DNA of 64,000 nucleotides from a virus: positions 1 to 64,000 of IMG/VR virus record IMGVR_UViG_3300044981_000078; one strand, written 5' to 3'. The notes beneath the pieces were generated by a model. It was not told the origin of the DNA. It did not search any database and saw only the letters and a program-made list of their open reading frames with translations. Made by a program: the position numbers and the translations under genes. This document shows, in pieces, positions 25,334 to 35,902 of the stretch (within the stretch, counting starts at the first letter, position 1; every line of letters begins with the position of its first letter).

Positions 25334-25541
25334 ATCAAACTTAAAGTTTCTTGATTTCGTTAACTACAGCGGTCTCGATCTTCTTGAGTTCCGCTTTGCC
25401 CTTCGCTATCTCTTTCGCGAACCACAGTCTAACTGCTGCCGAGCCCGCGATGAAACTTGCGACCAGCTTTGCATATTCGCTGGTTAGTACTGCTGTCAGT
25501 GAGAAGATTACCATATTCGTTTCCTTTGTCAAGCTTTATTT

Positions 25542-25850
25542 TTACTTTCCTTGATATCCGCCCTTATCGGCTTCTGTGTTGCCAAATCCACGTACCGGTG
25601 CCGGGGAGTTGTTCGGCTTGGCGCTGTATCCCGCTGACTGATAGCCATTCGATCCAAGTTGGCACTCACGTAGTTCGATCAACTCTGAATTCGGTTGCTC
25701 GGTGGCTACGGTAGTTTGATTACGTGCATACCGTCCCGGGTTGCCCAGGGCATCATTCTTTATGTCACCAGTTACCTTAGCCGCCGGGGTGGTTATCCCC
25801 GCACTGGCTACGTCGGTCGGTTGATTATAAGCCGGGTCAATTTTCAACAT
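25542..25850 (-). CDS. Hypothetical protein
   Basis: GGAG SD before MLKIDP. Confidence 0.55.
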   Translation of the reverse strand: MLKIDPAYNQPTDVASAGITTPAAKVTGDIKNDALGNPGRYARNQTTVATEQPNSELIELRECQLGSNGYQSAGYSAKPNNSPAPVRGFGNTEADKGGYQGK

Positions 25851-25851
25851 G

Positions 25852-26265
25852 CTACTCTCCAAAAAATTTAACTGTATCCAACGCGAGATGTTTGAAGGCC
25901 CGGATAACTTGGGAACGGAAGACCTTGAAGTCTTCGCCGCCGACTGAGGCTCTAAGTTGACTTAGAATATCTGTAACTTCGGTACCACCGCATAACATGC
26001 CTGGGTCTATATTTACAGAACCTGCGCCTTCTGACAAATCACGATCATGAATAACTACATCTGAGCCGTCTTCACTATGTTCGATGGTTGTAGAAGCATA
26101 AACAGCTTTTTGCTCTGGCTGCAGTACTACGGTCTCTCCAACATGTTTCGGAACGTGGAACTCAACTTTTACATCTTTCCATTCTTCGCCCGGTTCTTTC
26201 ACCTGGACTACTTCGGACCTGAGAGGCGATTGGTCCACTCGATTGACATAACGCTCAGTTGGCAT
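25852..26265 (-). CDS. Hypothetical protein, first gene of the minus-strand arm
   Basis: AAGGA SD; 137 aa. Confidence 0.6.
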   Translation of the reverse strand: MPTERYVNRVDQSPLRSEVVQVKEPGEEWKDVKVEFHVPKHVGETVVLQPEQKAVYASTTIEHSEDGSDVVIHDRDLSEGAGSVNIDPGMLCGGTEVTDILSQLRASVGGEDFKVFRSQVIRAFKHLALDTVKFFGE

Positions 26266-26857
26266 TGTTTTTAGTCCTTTGTATTCTTCAGGTCGGTCTG
26301 ACAGACCTTTTTGGTAGACCTTTATTCCCGTAAAGCCTTTGTAATGAATAGGTTATAGGCTATTGCTCTAATGTGCCGGTCTCCGAGCAAAAACGTCAAT
26401 TGTTCGTTACCGATCCCGGGTGCAAAGGGCCGCCGGGGCGCTCTACCCCCGTCAAAATTCCATAAGTACCTTCTTTTCAGATACTTAGGAGCGGGACTCC
26501 CAACTTCTTCGCGCTCAACGCATGTCTATAACTTACTCGATCTAAACAGCTTATCGGTATCGCTCGGAAACCACTCAAATCACTGCTTTTGTTGCAAATC
26601 CTTGCAAATCAATGCGTTAGTTTGTTTGCGTATAATGACTTATTATCCCCTTTTGGCTCGGATACAGAGGGTCATTGCCGCCGCTCGCCTCTAGCACACC
26701 CGAAACTGCCTTTATTTTCAACAAGTTATGGCGTTTTCGCTTTATTTTCGTGTTTTTCTGTTCGATTTTCTAATTTTTTCGGTGTTTTAGTTTTGCCTGG
26801 TCCCACTCACATGGAGTCATAGCCGCCGCTCGTCCATAGCACAAATGAAAACAAGCG

Positions 26858-27189
26858 ACGTGGCACCCGCGCGCTTGGACATGGCGCGCTGGGCCTCAGG
26901 TGAAATCATCCGGTCCTTGGTGGTGAGCAGATACCAGCTCGGCTTCGTCCTCCACGAGGGCGGAAACCTTTGGATGGTTTCCGGCTTCGGTGATTACCGC
27001 TCCCCCGTAGGAATGTCCAACGAGAACTGTAGGTCCGTCCTGCGTTGCCAGAGTTCTCTTGGTAACGGCAACGTCGTCCTCCAACGATATCGTCGGATTC
27101 TGGACGATGCTGACGCTATAGCCGTCTTGCTTCAATATCTTGTAGACGCCCTCCCAGCCTGCGCCATCCACAAAGCCACCATGGACGAG
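26858..27189 (-). pseudogene. Alpha/beta hydrolase fragment with internal deletion
   Basis: LVHGGFVDG..VGHSYGG..SALV, then frame-shifted WRTKPSWYLLTTKDRMISPEAQRAMSKRAGA; GC-rich relative to flanks. Confidence 0.75.
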
Positions 27190-27783
27190 TTAGATCAATT
27201 GATTCGCCCAGTCCCTCGGCTAACAGCCTCTCGACCCGGTCTCTCGCTCGCTTTCCCTTCCTATAAGATGTCTCAATTAGTACGGGCTTATTCCCAGGAT
27301 TGTGCCGCCACAAATTGGCGGCGCTATTTTCAGGGGTCAAAACACCGATTGTGCCGCCAGAATTGTGCCGCCAAGTGCTCAAAAAATATTAAGTGTATCA
27401 AAACAATATACTTAGTCATTTCGCACCTGATTCACAATTAGCTAAGTCCTTTGTTTGTGTAAAATGCTGTTGGCCAAAATGCTGTCCTGTAGACAGAGCG
27501 CATTCGTATCAGAAAAATAAATCCAAAAATGCCCCATATGAATTATAAGTATTTTATATATCATATAGATAGAAACGATTATTTTTTGATATTAATAAGG
27601 AGAAACACGGAGGCACCTATTTTGACCCTAAATTATTATGACTAAATATGACTCAAATTAGATCACTTTTCGGATAGAATACTGTCTCAGGAGACCTCGA
27701 TTTGGCGGCGCTTTGAATCAAAAACAAAAGACTTACAGTCAGGGATAATAAAAAGTAGTCGATTGTGCCTCCGCATTTCTCCC

Positions 27784-27812
27784 TTGACAATTAATTTGAC
27801 TTATGGCATACT
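27784..27812 (+). promoter_or_regulatory. Sigma70-type early promoter
   Basis: TTGACA-17-CATACT. Confidence 0.6.
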
Positions 27813-27862
27813 TGGACAATTAGGGTAGAAACTACCCCGAGTTATATATTGTTTACTTAAAA

Positions 27863-28132
27863 TTGGAGGATACGATGCCAAGTAATGAGGACGTTCAAGC
27901 ACGATTGATTAATCTTTTAGACCAGGCTCCGGATAAACTAATGGTCCGGCGCAAGCTAGTCAAGGCATGCGGCAGCAGCTATCGCTGTCGAGCGGACGAA
28001 CAAATCAGCCTGCTACTATCCAATGGTGTATTCGTCCTGTTAGGTCTCGGGGTCAAAGGTAGCCCAAAGGTCGTAGCACTCAATAAGCAATTGACCCCCG
28101 ACCGCTGCCCGCTCTGTCATCAACCTTATTAG
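27863..28132 (+). CDS. Small hypothetical protein (possible winged-helix)
   Basis: GGAGG SD; first gene of the plus-strand arm. Confidence 0.5.
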   Translation: MEDTMPSNEDVQARLINLLDQAPDKLMVRRKLVKACGSSYRCRADEQISLLLSNGVFVLLGLGVKGSPKVVALNKQLTPDRCPLCHQPY

Positions 28133-28186
28133 GTACTAGTACTTTTTTGTTGTTGACAAATTCTGTGGATAATGAGACCATCGGTA
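28132..28186 (+). promoter_or_regulatory. Early promoter cassette, copy 1
   Basis: GGTACTAGTAC palindrome, T tract, TTGACA-17-GACCAT. Confidence 0.6.
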
Positions 28187-28187
28187 C

Positions 28188-28613
28188 ATGGAGGGCAACA
28201 TCATGATGGACATACACAACAAACTAGTACACGCTGCAACGGACTTTGACCGGAAGCAATCAAGCAAGCCCTATAACATATACGCTCTGGGACGCTATCT
28301 CAAAGCAATCGAGGACGCTGAAGTGGATATCGCGGAACAGCACATCACGATCCGCAAGGCGCTATTTGGACATTTTAATGGGCGATTGCTTGACGTGATG
28401 CTTAAGGCAGTTGGCGAAACAAAGTCTACATCGGAAGAGGTTCGCGAATCAGACCGCAACTATTTTCGATCAGGAATCTGCAAGGACTGTGGGAACGGGA
28501 CATTGAACAACGAGACCAACGAACAGTTTGTCGAGTCTGACAACAGCGTAGCCTGCGTGCGCTGCGGTTCTTCTCATGTTGACGGTGACCTTTACAATGA
28601 GGAGAAAGTATAA
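28188..28613 (+). CDS. Hypothetical early protein with C-terminal Zn ribbon
   Basis: CKDC..CVRC. Confidence 0.6.
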   Translation: MEGNIMMDIHNKLVHAATDFDRKQSSKPYNIYALGRYLKAIEDAEVDIAEQHITIRKALFGHFNGRLLDVMLKAVGETKSTSEEVRESDRNYFRSGICKDCGNGTLNNETNEQFVESDNSVACVRCGSSHVDGDLYNEEKV

Positions 28614-29267
28614 TGGACGCGGTTTGCACCGGCGGTCTCGCCAGACTCCATGATATTCGCCGCGAACTAGAGCACGGCGGGTTTGTTCGTTTCGTTTGGG
28701 GTAATTATGGTGGTGAACTGTTGTTTCATGCCGATGGTGAATACTTCACAGCAATTGATGGCCGAAGCTATCAGGCATTTCTCCGTGACGCGGACAAGCG
28801 GTACAATCGAACAGAACGTGGCAGCACAGAGCAGTCCAATCTTGTTATCGAATGGAGGTAGTCCAATGAACTGCGGACCCTACACTCTCCCAAAGTATCC
28901 GGACGACGCAACCCTGACCGATATCGAGCGCGAAGACAGCAGGATACAGATAGAATTGCTTGACAGGCTATCTGACGAATGGCTGCACCTACGCGCTGCG
29001 GTTGATGAACTGACACACATGGTGAACTAATGACCCGCACCGTAAACAATCTATCCGCCGGTCGTCTCAACAGCATGACCCGCAATTGGGCTCACTCAGT
29101 CCAGCGCAAGGGCACCAAGCCTGATTGGGTTGATCTGTGGGACTTGGTCGCGCAGTGGGACGACCAGCGCAAGATTGTCACATGCACAAGTTGCGGCACT
29201 GAGCTTAAGAATTTATCGTGGGCTCAAGAGCACGCACAGCGAAACAATCTAATTTAGGAGGATTCAA

Positions 29268-29600
29268 GTGGGAGATCGAGCGAACGTCAAAGTAGTGGAT
29301 TTTGATTCGACTGTGTTTCTTTATACTCACTGGTCAGGCTCTGAATTGCCCACAGTTCTTCAAGCAGCACTGAAGCGCGGCAGAGAGCGATGGGACGATG
29401 GCCAATATCTCACTCGCATTATTTTCTGCGAGATGATCGGAAAAGATAGTGGACTGACTGGATATGGCATTTCATCCGTTGTCGGAGACGGCGATGACCA
29501 CATCATCACGGTTAATATTCAGAAGCAGACTGTCTCTATCGGTGACGAGAAATTTGATTTCGAAGACTATGTTACGATGAAAAAACCAAGTTGGTACTAG
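29268..29600 (+). CDS. Hypothetical phage protein (MGDRA..YTHW.G)
   Basis: AGGAGG SD. Confidence 0.6.
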   Translation: MGDRANVKVVDFDSTVFLYTHWSGSELPTVLQAALKRGRERWDDGQYLTRIIFCEMIGKDSGLTGYGISSVVGDGDDHIITVNIQKQTVSIGDEKFDFEDYVTMKKPSWY

Positions 29601-29628
29601 TACGTTTTTGTTTTAAAAAAAAAAAACG

Positions 29629-31165
29629 GGAATTATATAGATAACTCCCGCAAGTAAACAAGGGACTTTAAGTGCCGTGTTTACGTTAAAAATCTTTGCC
29701 CGATTCGCAGAATGTACTTGACTACCTTACGGTAGTTATGTATATTGTGAGCATGGAGGCAGCGCACATGATAAACTCTTTTGCACCTCGGGATGGGAAA
29801 TGCGAAGACTGTGGCGAGACTCGTTCGCTAAAGGATGGCCTGTGCCACGAATGCACGCAGGCTGAGATTGATGCCAGCAATTGCGCAGAGTGCAATCTTA
29901 CCCAGTCCGCTTGTGTCTGCGAAGGCGGCCCTTGGATTCCGGGCGGGTATCGCCTATGAGCCGCTCAACGATCAGCACGTTCAAACTTTTTGAACTGTTC
30001 CCACACGAGCCTTCCGCTCGGAAGTATCTGGAAGGCCGTCTCTGGCCGAATGGCGTTACCTGTCCCGAGTGCAAGTCCAAAGAGCGGATTACGGCGCGCA
30101 AGGATGGCTTTTACCGATGCAACGCCTGCAAACTGGACTTCACGGTGCGAACCAAGACAATTTTCGAGCGTTCGCACGTACCGCTTCACAAGTGGCTGTA
30201 TGCCATGTATTTGCTTGTGACAGCCCGCAAGGGCATCTCTAGCCTACAGTTGGGCAAAGAGATAGGTATTACTCAGAAATCGGCGTGGTTCGTCCTACAC
30301 AGGCTCCGTGAGGCTTGCGGAACTAAATTGGAGTTGCTTCAAGGAACCGTCGAAGTAGATGAGACATTCTTCGGCGGCGAGGAAAACAATCGGCACATGT
30401 ACGACCGCATCCACAAACCAAGGGAACGCACTGAAAAGACTATCGTAGTCGGGATGCGCCAACGCGGAGGGCACACGGTCGCCAAGATCGTACCTAGCAC
30501 TGGCGGGTTAGCCCTTCGCGGCGCGATTCATGAGAATGTTGCGCCTGGTACGCGAATCCTGTCCGATGACTACGGCAGCTATACCGCGCTTCCGAAAGAG
30601 GGCTTCCAGCACGATTCAGTGAAGCATGTTACAGGCGAATACGTGCGTGGCGATGTCCACACGAACGGGATTGAATCGGTTTGGGCTGTTATGAAGCGCG
30701 GGATGCACGGCGTCTACCATCACGCCGACAAGAAGCATATGGGCAGATACGTGAACGAATTTACCTTCCGACTAAACCAAGGCAATGTCTCTCGCCATAC
30801 TACGGAACGGCTGGATAGTTTCGTTGACGCCGTAGCAGGCAAGCGATTGACTTTCTCAAGGCTGACCGCATGAGAAAGGGAAGCAAGCGTTGTACAGGTT
30901 TGGTTTGGCATGAACCTAAAGTCTGTGTACGCGGGTATTGGAGGCAATGCGGAAATGAAGCAACCCATCAAGTCGGAGGAAAATACGGGAGATACTTTTG
31001 CGACAGTTGCAGACCCCGTACAGATTCTCAATCAGACAGCGGATTTAGTGTTGATGTATCGTCCGAAAATAAAAACGAAGGCTGCAAAGCGTAGAGTACG
31101 AAGGAATAAGCGTGCGGCGAAGGATAAGGACAAGCCGAAATCAAGGTAGTCAACTATATAATTCC
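29629..31165 (+). mobile_element. IS1595-family element with passenger ORFs
   Basis: Terminal inverted repeats GGAATTATATAGATAACTCC / GGTAGTCAACTATATAATTCC; A-rich flanks. Confidence 0.85.
29956..30873 (+). CDS. IS1595-family transposase
   Basis: Zn ribbon CPEC..CNAC; VEVDETF, SDD, HTNGIESVW, YVNEFTFR. Confidence 0.92.
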   Translation: MSRSTISTFKLFELFPHEPSARKYLEGRLWPNGVTCPECKSKERITARKDGFYRCNACKLDFTVRTKTIFERSHVPLHKWLYAMYLLVTARKGISSLQLGKEIGITQKSAWFVLHRLREACGTKLELLQGTVEVDETFFGGEENNRHMYDRIHKPRERTEKTIVVGMRQRGGHTVAKIVPSTGGLALRGAIHENVAPGTRILSDDYGSYTALPKEGFQHDSVKHVTGEYVRGDVHTNGIESVWAVMKRGMHGVYHHADKKHMGRYVNEFTFRLNQGNVSRHTTERLDSFVDAVAGKRLTFSRLTA

Positions 31166-31179
31166 AAAAAAAAAACATG

Positions 31180-31208
31180 TTGACACCAAATTGGGGATAT
31201 GAGACCAT
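31180..31208 (+). promoter_or_regulatory. Early promoter cassette, copy 2 (core)
   Basis: TTGACA-17-GACCAT, matching 28153-28181. Confidence 0.6.
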
Positions 31209-31256
31209 CAGTATATCAAATACGAATCGGCACCGAGCCGAAGAAAAGAGAATACA

Positions 31257-32051
31257 GTGACCAATCTGACGAACCAAGAAATTCAGCGATATGCTCCAAG
31301 CTGTTTCGCAGGTCAGGCTCACGAGTCCCGTTCCTCGCGCTACACATTCCTTCCGACCATCGATGTTATTGACGGTTTGCGCGATGCTGGTTTTCATCCG
31401 GTGATGGCCTGTCAGTCCCGCACCCGGGTCGCTGGTAAACAGTTTTTCACAAAGCACATGCTTCGCTTCCGTTCCACCGACCAGACAGCTATCACTGTTG
31501 GCGATTCTCTGCTTGAGACTGTCTTGGTCAATTCACACGATGGTACGAGCAGCTATCAGGTTATGCTTGGCGTCTTCCGCCTGGTCTGTTCGAACGGCAT
31601 GATCGTTGGTGATACATTTGACTCGGTCAAGGTCCGACATGTTGGCAATATCGTTGAGGACGTGGTTAAGGCTACCGCGAACCTCTTGAGCAATGCTCCC
31701 AAACTGATGGAGCTTATCAATATCTGGCGTTCGATTATGCTGACCACGGCAGAACAGCTAGCGTTTGCGACCGCTGCCCACCAGTTGATTTTCACCGAAG
31801 GCTCCAACATAGCCCAAGCTATCACTCCCGACCGGCTTCTCGCAGTTCGCCGTGGTGGTGATCAGGGCTCTGACCTCTATACCACGTTTAACCGTGTGCA
31901 AGAGGCTGCGGTTCGCGGTGGCATCCGTGGCAATCGTTTGCCCGGCATGAATCGTCTGCGGTCACGCTCGGTCGAATCGATTGACCGCAATGTCAACCTG
32001 AACAAATCGCTTTGGACTCTGGCCGAGGAAATGGCTAAGCTCAAGGGGTAA
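31257..32051 (+). CDS. DUF932-domain protein
   Basis: HESRSSRY, KHMLRFR, NSHDGTSS, FRLVCSNG, FNRVQE. Confidence 0.88.
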   Translation: MTNLTNQEIQRYAPSCFAGQAHESRSSRYTFLPTIDVIDGLRDAGFHPVMACQSRTRVAGKQFFTKHMLRFRSTDQTAITVGDSLLETVLVNSHDGTSSYQVMLGVFRLVCSNGMIVGDTFDSVKVRHVGNIVEDVVKATANLLSNAPKLMELINIWRSIMLTTAEQLAFATAAHQLIFTEGSNIAQAITPDRLLAVRRGGDQGSDLYTTFNRVQEAAVRGGIRGNRLPGMNRLRSRSVESIDRNVNLNKSLWTLAEEMAKLKG

Positions 32052-32111
32052 GTTATTCTGCCTAGGGCTCTCCGAGCCCCAGGCTGAGCAACTTGCTCAC
32101 TCGGAGGAATT

Positions 32112-32546
32112 GTGGCAACTAAGAAGAACTTAAACCGTAACACTGTCCGCATGCTCCACAAGGTTCAAAGGTTTTTGATGGAAGAGCCGAGGCGGTTTAA
32201 TATGCGGGATGGCGTCGTATCTTCAACTGCTATTAAAGAGCAACTCGAACAGCCGCCTTGCGGTACCGCGTGCTGTATCGCAGGAGCGATCTATATTCTC
32301 GGTAACAATATCGCTCTCCATGGCCAGTATATCAGTTTAGGAACCATTGAACACTACGCTGCCGAAAAGTTCAATCTCAAGGGTGGTTTAGCGTCCCGAT
32401 TGTTTTACGACACCTACGGAACCCCCTCAAACCGCTGGCCTGATCTTTACGTTAAGGCATATCAAGCCGCGCAGACCCCGCTCGAACGCGCCTGCATCGG
32501 TGTCGCACGTATCGAGCACTTCATTGCGACCGACGGACAAGAATAG
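32112..32546 (+). CDS. Hypothetical protein (CGTACCIAG motif)
   Basis: GGAGG SD. Confidence 0.6.
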   Translation: MATKKNLNRNTVRMLHKVQRFLMEEPRRFNMRDGVVSSTAIKEQLEQPPCGTACCIAGAIYILGNNIALHGQYISLGTIEHYAAEKFNLKGGLASRLFYDTYGTPSNRWPDLYVKAYQAAQTPLERACIGVARIEHFIATDGQE

Positions 32547-32703
32547 ACATGACCAGGCTCCGCGAAAACGAGATAGCCGACCGCTGCTATCACTGGTGTG
32601 TGATCGGTCGTCACGATTGGTCGCACGAAGTTCGGCAGTGCAAGAGAAACGAACCGCCCGATACATATAAGCGGAACTGCCCGAAACATACGGAGGAGGT
32701 CCC

Positions 32704-33150
32704 GTGAAACAATTAGCGCCGGGGGTTTTTATTGTTGGTAGGTATGAGCCTCAACAGCTTGATGGCTCTTTGATTGGTAGGGAGCTTGTCACTCTCACAT
32801 CTGATTTGAAAACCCAAGGATATGGATCATGGACCGGAGGAGATTGGCAAGATCATCAGGCCGCAGCGGAAGTTAGACCTCCTGATGTTACCCAGATGAT
32901 TTTAGATAGACCAGAGTATATTTCCGACTGGCATCGAGATAACTCAGGCAAACCGGGTGGCGTTGTTGTGTGGTCTAACCGTGAACAGACAGAAATCAAG
33001 TTAAAAGATGGAACTGTCTTATGTCCAGACTCGTGCGACGTTCTTTTGATATCCAACGCAGAAGTAGAGCATCGCACCCCGCAAAAGATATCAAAAGATC
33101 GTTGGTTCTTCCGGCGTCATGTCGAGCTTCCAGATTGGCCCGGTTTATGA
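32704..33150 (+). CDS. Hypothetical protein
   Basis: GGAGG SD; WHRD..H pattern reminiscent of 2OG-Fe(II) oxygenases (weak). Confidence 0.5.
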   Translation: MKQLAPGVFIVGRYEPQQLDGSLIGRELVTLTSDLKTQGYGSWTGGDWQDHQAAAEVRPPDVTQMILDRPEYISDWHRDNSGKPGGVVVWSNREQTEIKLKDGTVLCPDSCDVLLISNAEVEHRTPQKISKDRWFFRRHVELPDWPGL

Positions 33151-33965
33151 TTAATCCTGTAGAGTGTTCGTGGCCCTGCTGTAGACAGCTAGGCTGGCAC
33201 AAATTTGAGACCGATCAGCGTTACTGTACTGAGCACTATAATAAGGTGCTGAGAAACCGGGATTACATTATAGAACTATGGGAGCGGCTACAGTATGACC
33301 GAGCGCAGCGACAAAATAGACAAGATCAATCAGCGGATAGTCGCCCTAATGCTTGAACGTAAGCAGGCCGAGCGACACGGCACATGGACACAAGAGGAAG
33401 CAATCTACAAGCAGATAGAAGTGCTTGAAAAACAAATCAAGAAGATCGAGGACGAATGAGAGTCACGTCCAGCGAACTACGGCACAGCATATTCATCGGT
33501 ATCGTGATTGGTATAATTCTCATTTTGTGCTTTGTGTTGCATGCGGAGGACAAGATCGAACGCCGCTACATCAGAATCTTGGCGAAAGACCCGCAGACAA
33601 ACGGACGCGCCATAATGCCTATGGTCGCCCCGATTGTCTTTGTACGACAGATCGCCGGACCTGAGTTACCGGAGGACAAAGGCAGCACGGCGTGTCATTG
33701 GTCTCAGAAGATTGAGAACGGCAAGCCGGTGATTGTTGGGGATTGCGATCAGGGTGTCAAGTTGGTAGTTACTGGATTAGATTTGAATTATTAGGAGGCC
33801 AAATGAATCTCTCGGTATTCGAAGAAGATAATAAATATGAATTATACGAAGTCTTAATAGGTAATGATTGGAAGATCATTCATCCTTGGTTACCACTAAT
33901 GCAACAAGTTCGTGGTATGCGCGGGTATCGATTGTGGGACTACGAAGGACACATAGTTAAGCAGT

Positions 33966-34430
33966 TTGTACGATAACCCCGTACCTACAGCGCATCCTCA
34001 GACACTACAAAACCCCGTATCTATTGAGACATCTTATGATACCATGTCTAAACAGACACAACGGGACAGGTTTCTACGTACCGCCTTCGGGATTACCGCC
34101 GCAGAGTGGGACATAATCCTTCTATATCAAGATAAAAAATGTCCTATTTGCGGTAAGTCTATAGCCGGTAAGCCTAGGCCGCACACCGATCATGACCACG
34201 ATAATGGCAATCTTCGCGGACTGCTCTGTAGCCAGTGCAACCGCGCCCTTGGGAAGGCCCAGGACAAGCGTTGGGCGTGGGCCCCGGAGTGTTTCCTTAA
34301 AGCCTACTACTATCTTTTAAATCACCCCGCAGCCGCCGCCCTAGGTCGTCAGCCGGTTGGTTTCCCTGGTCGTATAGGCACAGCTAGATATCGTAAGTGG
34401 GCCAAAAAGAAAACCCCGTACATATCGTGA
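33966..34430 (+). CDS. Endonuclease VII family protein
   Basis: CPIC..DHDH..RGLLCSQCN. Confidence 0.85.
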   Translation: MYDNPVPTAHPQTLQNPVSIETSYDTMSKQTQRDRFLRTAFGITAAEWDIILLYQDKKCPICGKSIAGKPRPHTDHDHDNGNLRGLLCSQCNRALGKAQDKRWAWAPECFLKAYYYLLNHPAAAALGRQPVGFPGRIGTARYRKWAKKKTPYIS

Positions 34431-34436
34431 GTACTT

Positions 34437-35165
34437 ATGAATATGACAATCGAAAAGTGGATTCAGTTTATCAAGGCCCACGAGAAGCTAATCATAGTCT
34501 GTCTCGGGGTATGGTTTGCGTTCCATCTGTATGGCGATGTTCTCAACTCGTGGATAGATCACGATAAGAGAAACATAGCCCTGCAGACTACAGTAGCGCA
34601 GACCGCAGCACAGAAGTCACAGGCTGACAGTGTACAGAACCAGCAGCTTGCCGAGCAGCTAGCAGATATGAAGCTGCAGTATGCTACACTGTCAGCCCAA
34701 CTGACCGCATCGATGCAAGTTCGGGCTGTAGCTACTCAAACTCAGAAGCAGAAGAACGATCAATCGACTCCGAGTGTAGTAGCATCGAGGATCACAGACA
34801 TACTTCATGTTGGGCCCAATCAGGTTGTCTCCAATGTCGGGGATGACGGTTTGACATTTACCGCAGCAGCGGCACATGTAAATGTCAACGCCTTAGAAGA
34901 CGGCCTAAAGGCCGAGGCCGATGTACTTGATTTGAATAAGCAACTCGCCGGGTGTATCGCAATCAATAAAATAGAGGAAGATACGACCGTCGGCGTACGT
35001 AAAGAACTAGCAGATGAGAAGCTGTCACATATAGCTGATGTGAAGCTCGAACAGGATAAGACAAAGTTGGCGGTAGACAATGGTAAGAAACAATTCCGTA
35101 AAGGATTTGTCTTCGGTTTCATTACCGGCTTTGTAGGCGGGATCGTCACCGGGCACAAATTCTAA
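34437..35165 (+). CDS. Membrane-anchored coiled-coil protein (spanin-like)
   Basis: N- and C-terminal hydrophobic segments with a coiled coil between. Confidence 0.45.
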   Translation: MNMTIEKWIQFIKAHEKLIIVCLGVWFAFHLYGDVLNSWIDHDKRNIALQTTVAQTAAQKSQADSVQNQQLAEQLADMKLQYATLSAQLTASMQVRAVATQTQKQKNDQSTPSVVASRITDILHVGPNQVVSNVGDDGLTFTAAAAHVNVNALEDGLKAEADVLDLNKQLAGCIAINKIEEDTTVGVRKELADEKLSHIADVKLEQDKTKLAVDNGKKQFRKGFVFGFITGFVGGIVTGHKF

Positions 35166-35902
35166 TGACTGAGAAAGCGAAGATAGTTCTCATCGATATT
35201 GAAACTGCTCCGTCTCTCGGGTGGGTCTGGGCGAAATATGACACAAATGTCATAGATTTTAAAACCGATTGGTACATACTTTCATTTGCATACAAGACTC
35301 TGGGCGGAGGCAAGGTTCAAACAAAATGCCTAGCCGATTACCCGGGGTATAAAAAAGATTTAGAAAACGACAAAGCTCTTGTAAGCGACCTTTGGAAAGT
35401 GTTCGATGAAGCTGATATTTTGTTGGGGCACAATTTAGATTCTTTTGATATCCGAAAAGCAAATGCGAGATTTCTCACACACGGATTACCGCCGCCGTCT
35501 CCGTTTAAGACAATCGACACTTTGAAAATTGCACGGAGGGCGTTTAAGTTCGATTCAAATAAGTTAGATGACTTGGGACGGTATCTCGGTATCGGGCGCA
35601 AACTACCTCATACTGGTTTTCATTTGTGGCGCTCTTGTATGACGGGGGATTTGAGAGCTTGGGGCCTTATGTGTCGATATAATGCCCAGGATATAAGCTT
35701 GCTTGAGAAGGTATACTACGCTGTTCGTGCTTGGTCTCCTACGCACGCTAATGTGAATAAAGGCGAACCAGAGACCTGTCCGAAGTGTGGAAGTAAGGAT
35801 GTTCAGCGTAGAGGATTCAACTTTACCCTGCTTCGAAAGAAACAGCGTTTTATGTGTACGAAGTGTCGCGGCTGGTTCGAGGGAAGTGTCGAAAAGGTAT
35901 GA
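35165..35902 (+). CDS. RNase H-fold 3'-5' exonuclease with Zn ribbon
   Basis: DIET, HNLDSFD, YNAQD, CPKC..CTKC. Confidence 0.85.
   Translation: MTEKAKIVLIDIETAPSLGWVWAKYDTNVIDFKTDWYILSFAYKTLGGGKVQTKCLADYPGYKKDLENDKALVSDLWKVFDEADILLGHNLDSFDIRKANARFLTHGLPPPSPFKTIDTLKIARRAFKFDSNKLDDLGRYLGIGRKLPHTGFHLWRSCMTGDLRAWGLMCRYNAQDISLLEKVYYAVRAWSPTHANVNKGEPETCPKCGSKDVQRRGFNFTLLRKKQRFMCTKCRGWFEGSVEKV

Noticed and set aside
26845-27441. 198-aa plus-strand ORF
   Set aside because: It is the antisense shadow of the GC-rich hydrolase fragment; no SD or recognisable motifs.
33966-34430. A seventh kissing-loop leader before the plus-strand endonuclease VII
   Set aside because: No CC-loop/GG-loop hairpin pair upstream; probably the resident resolvase.
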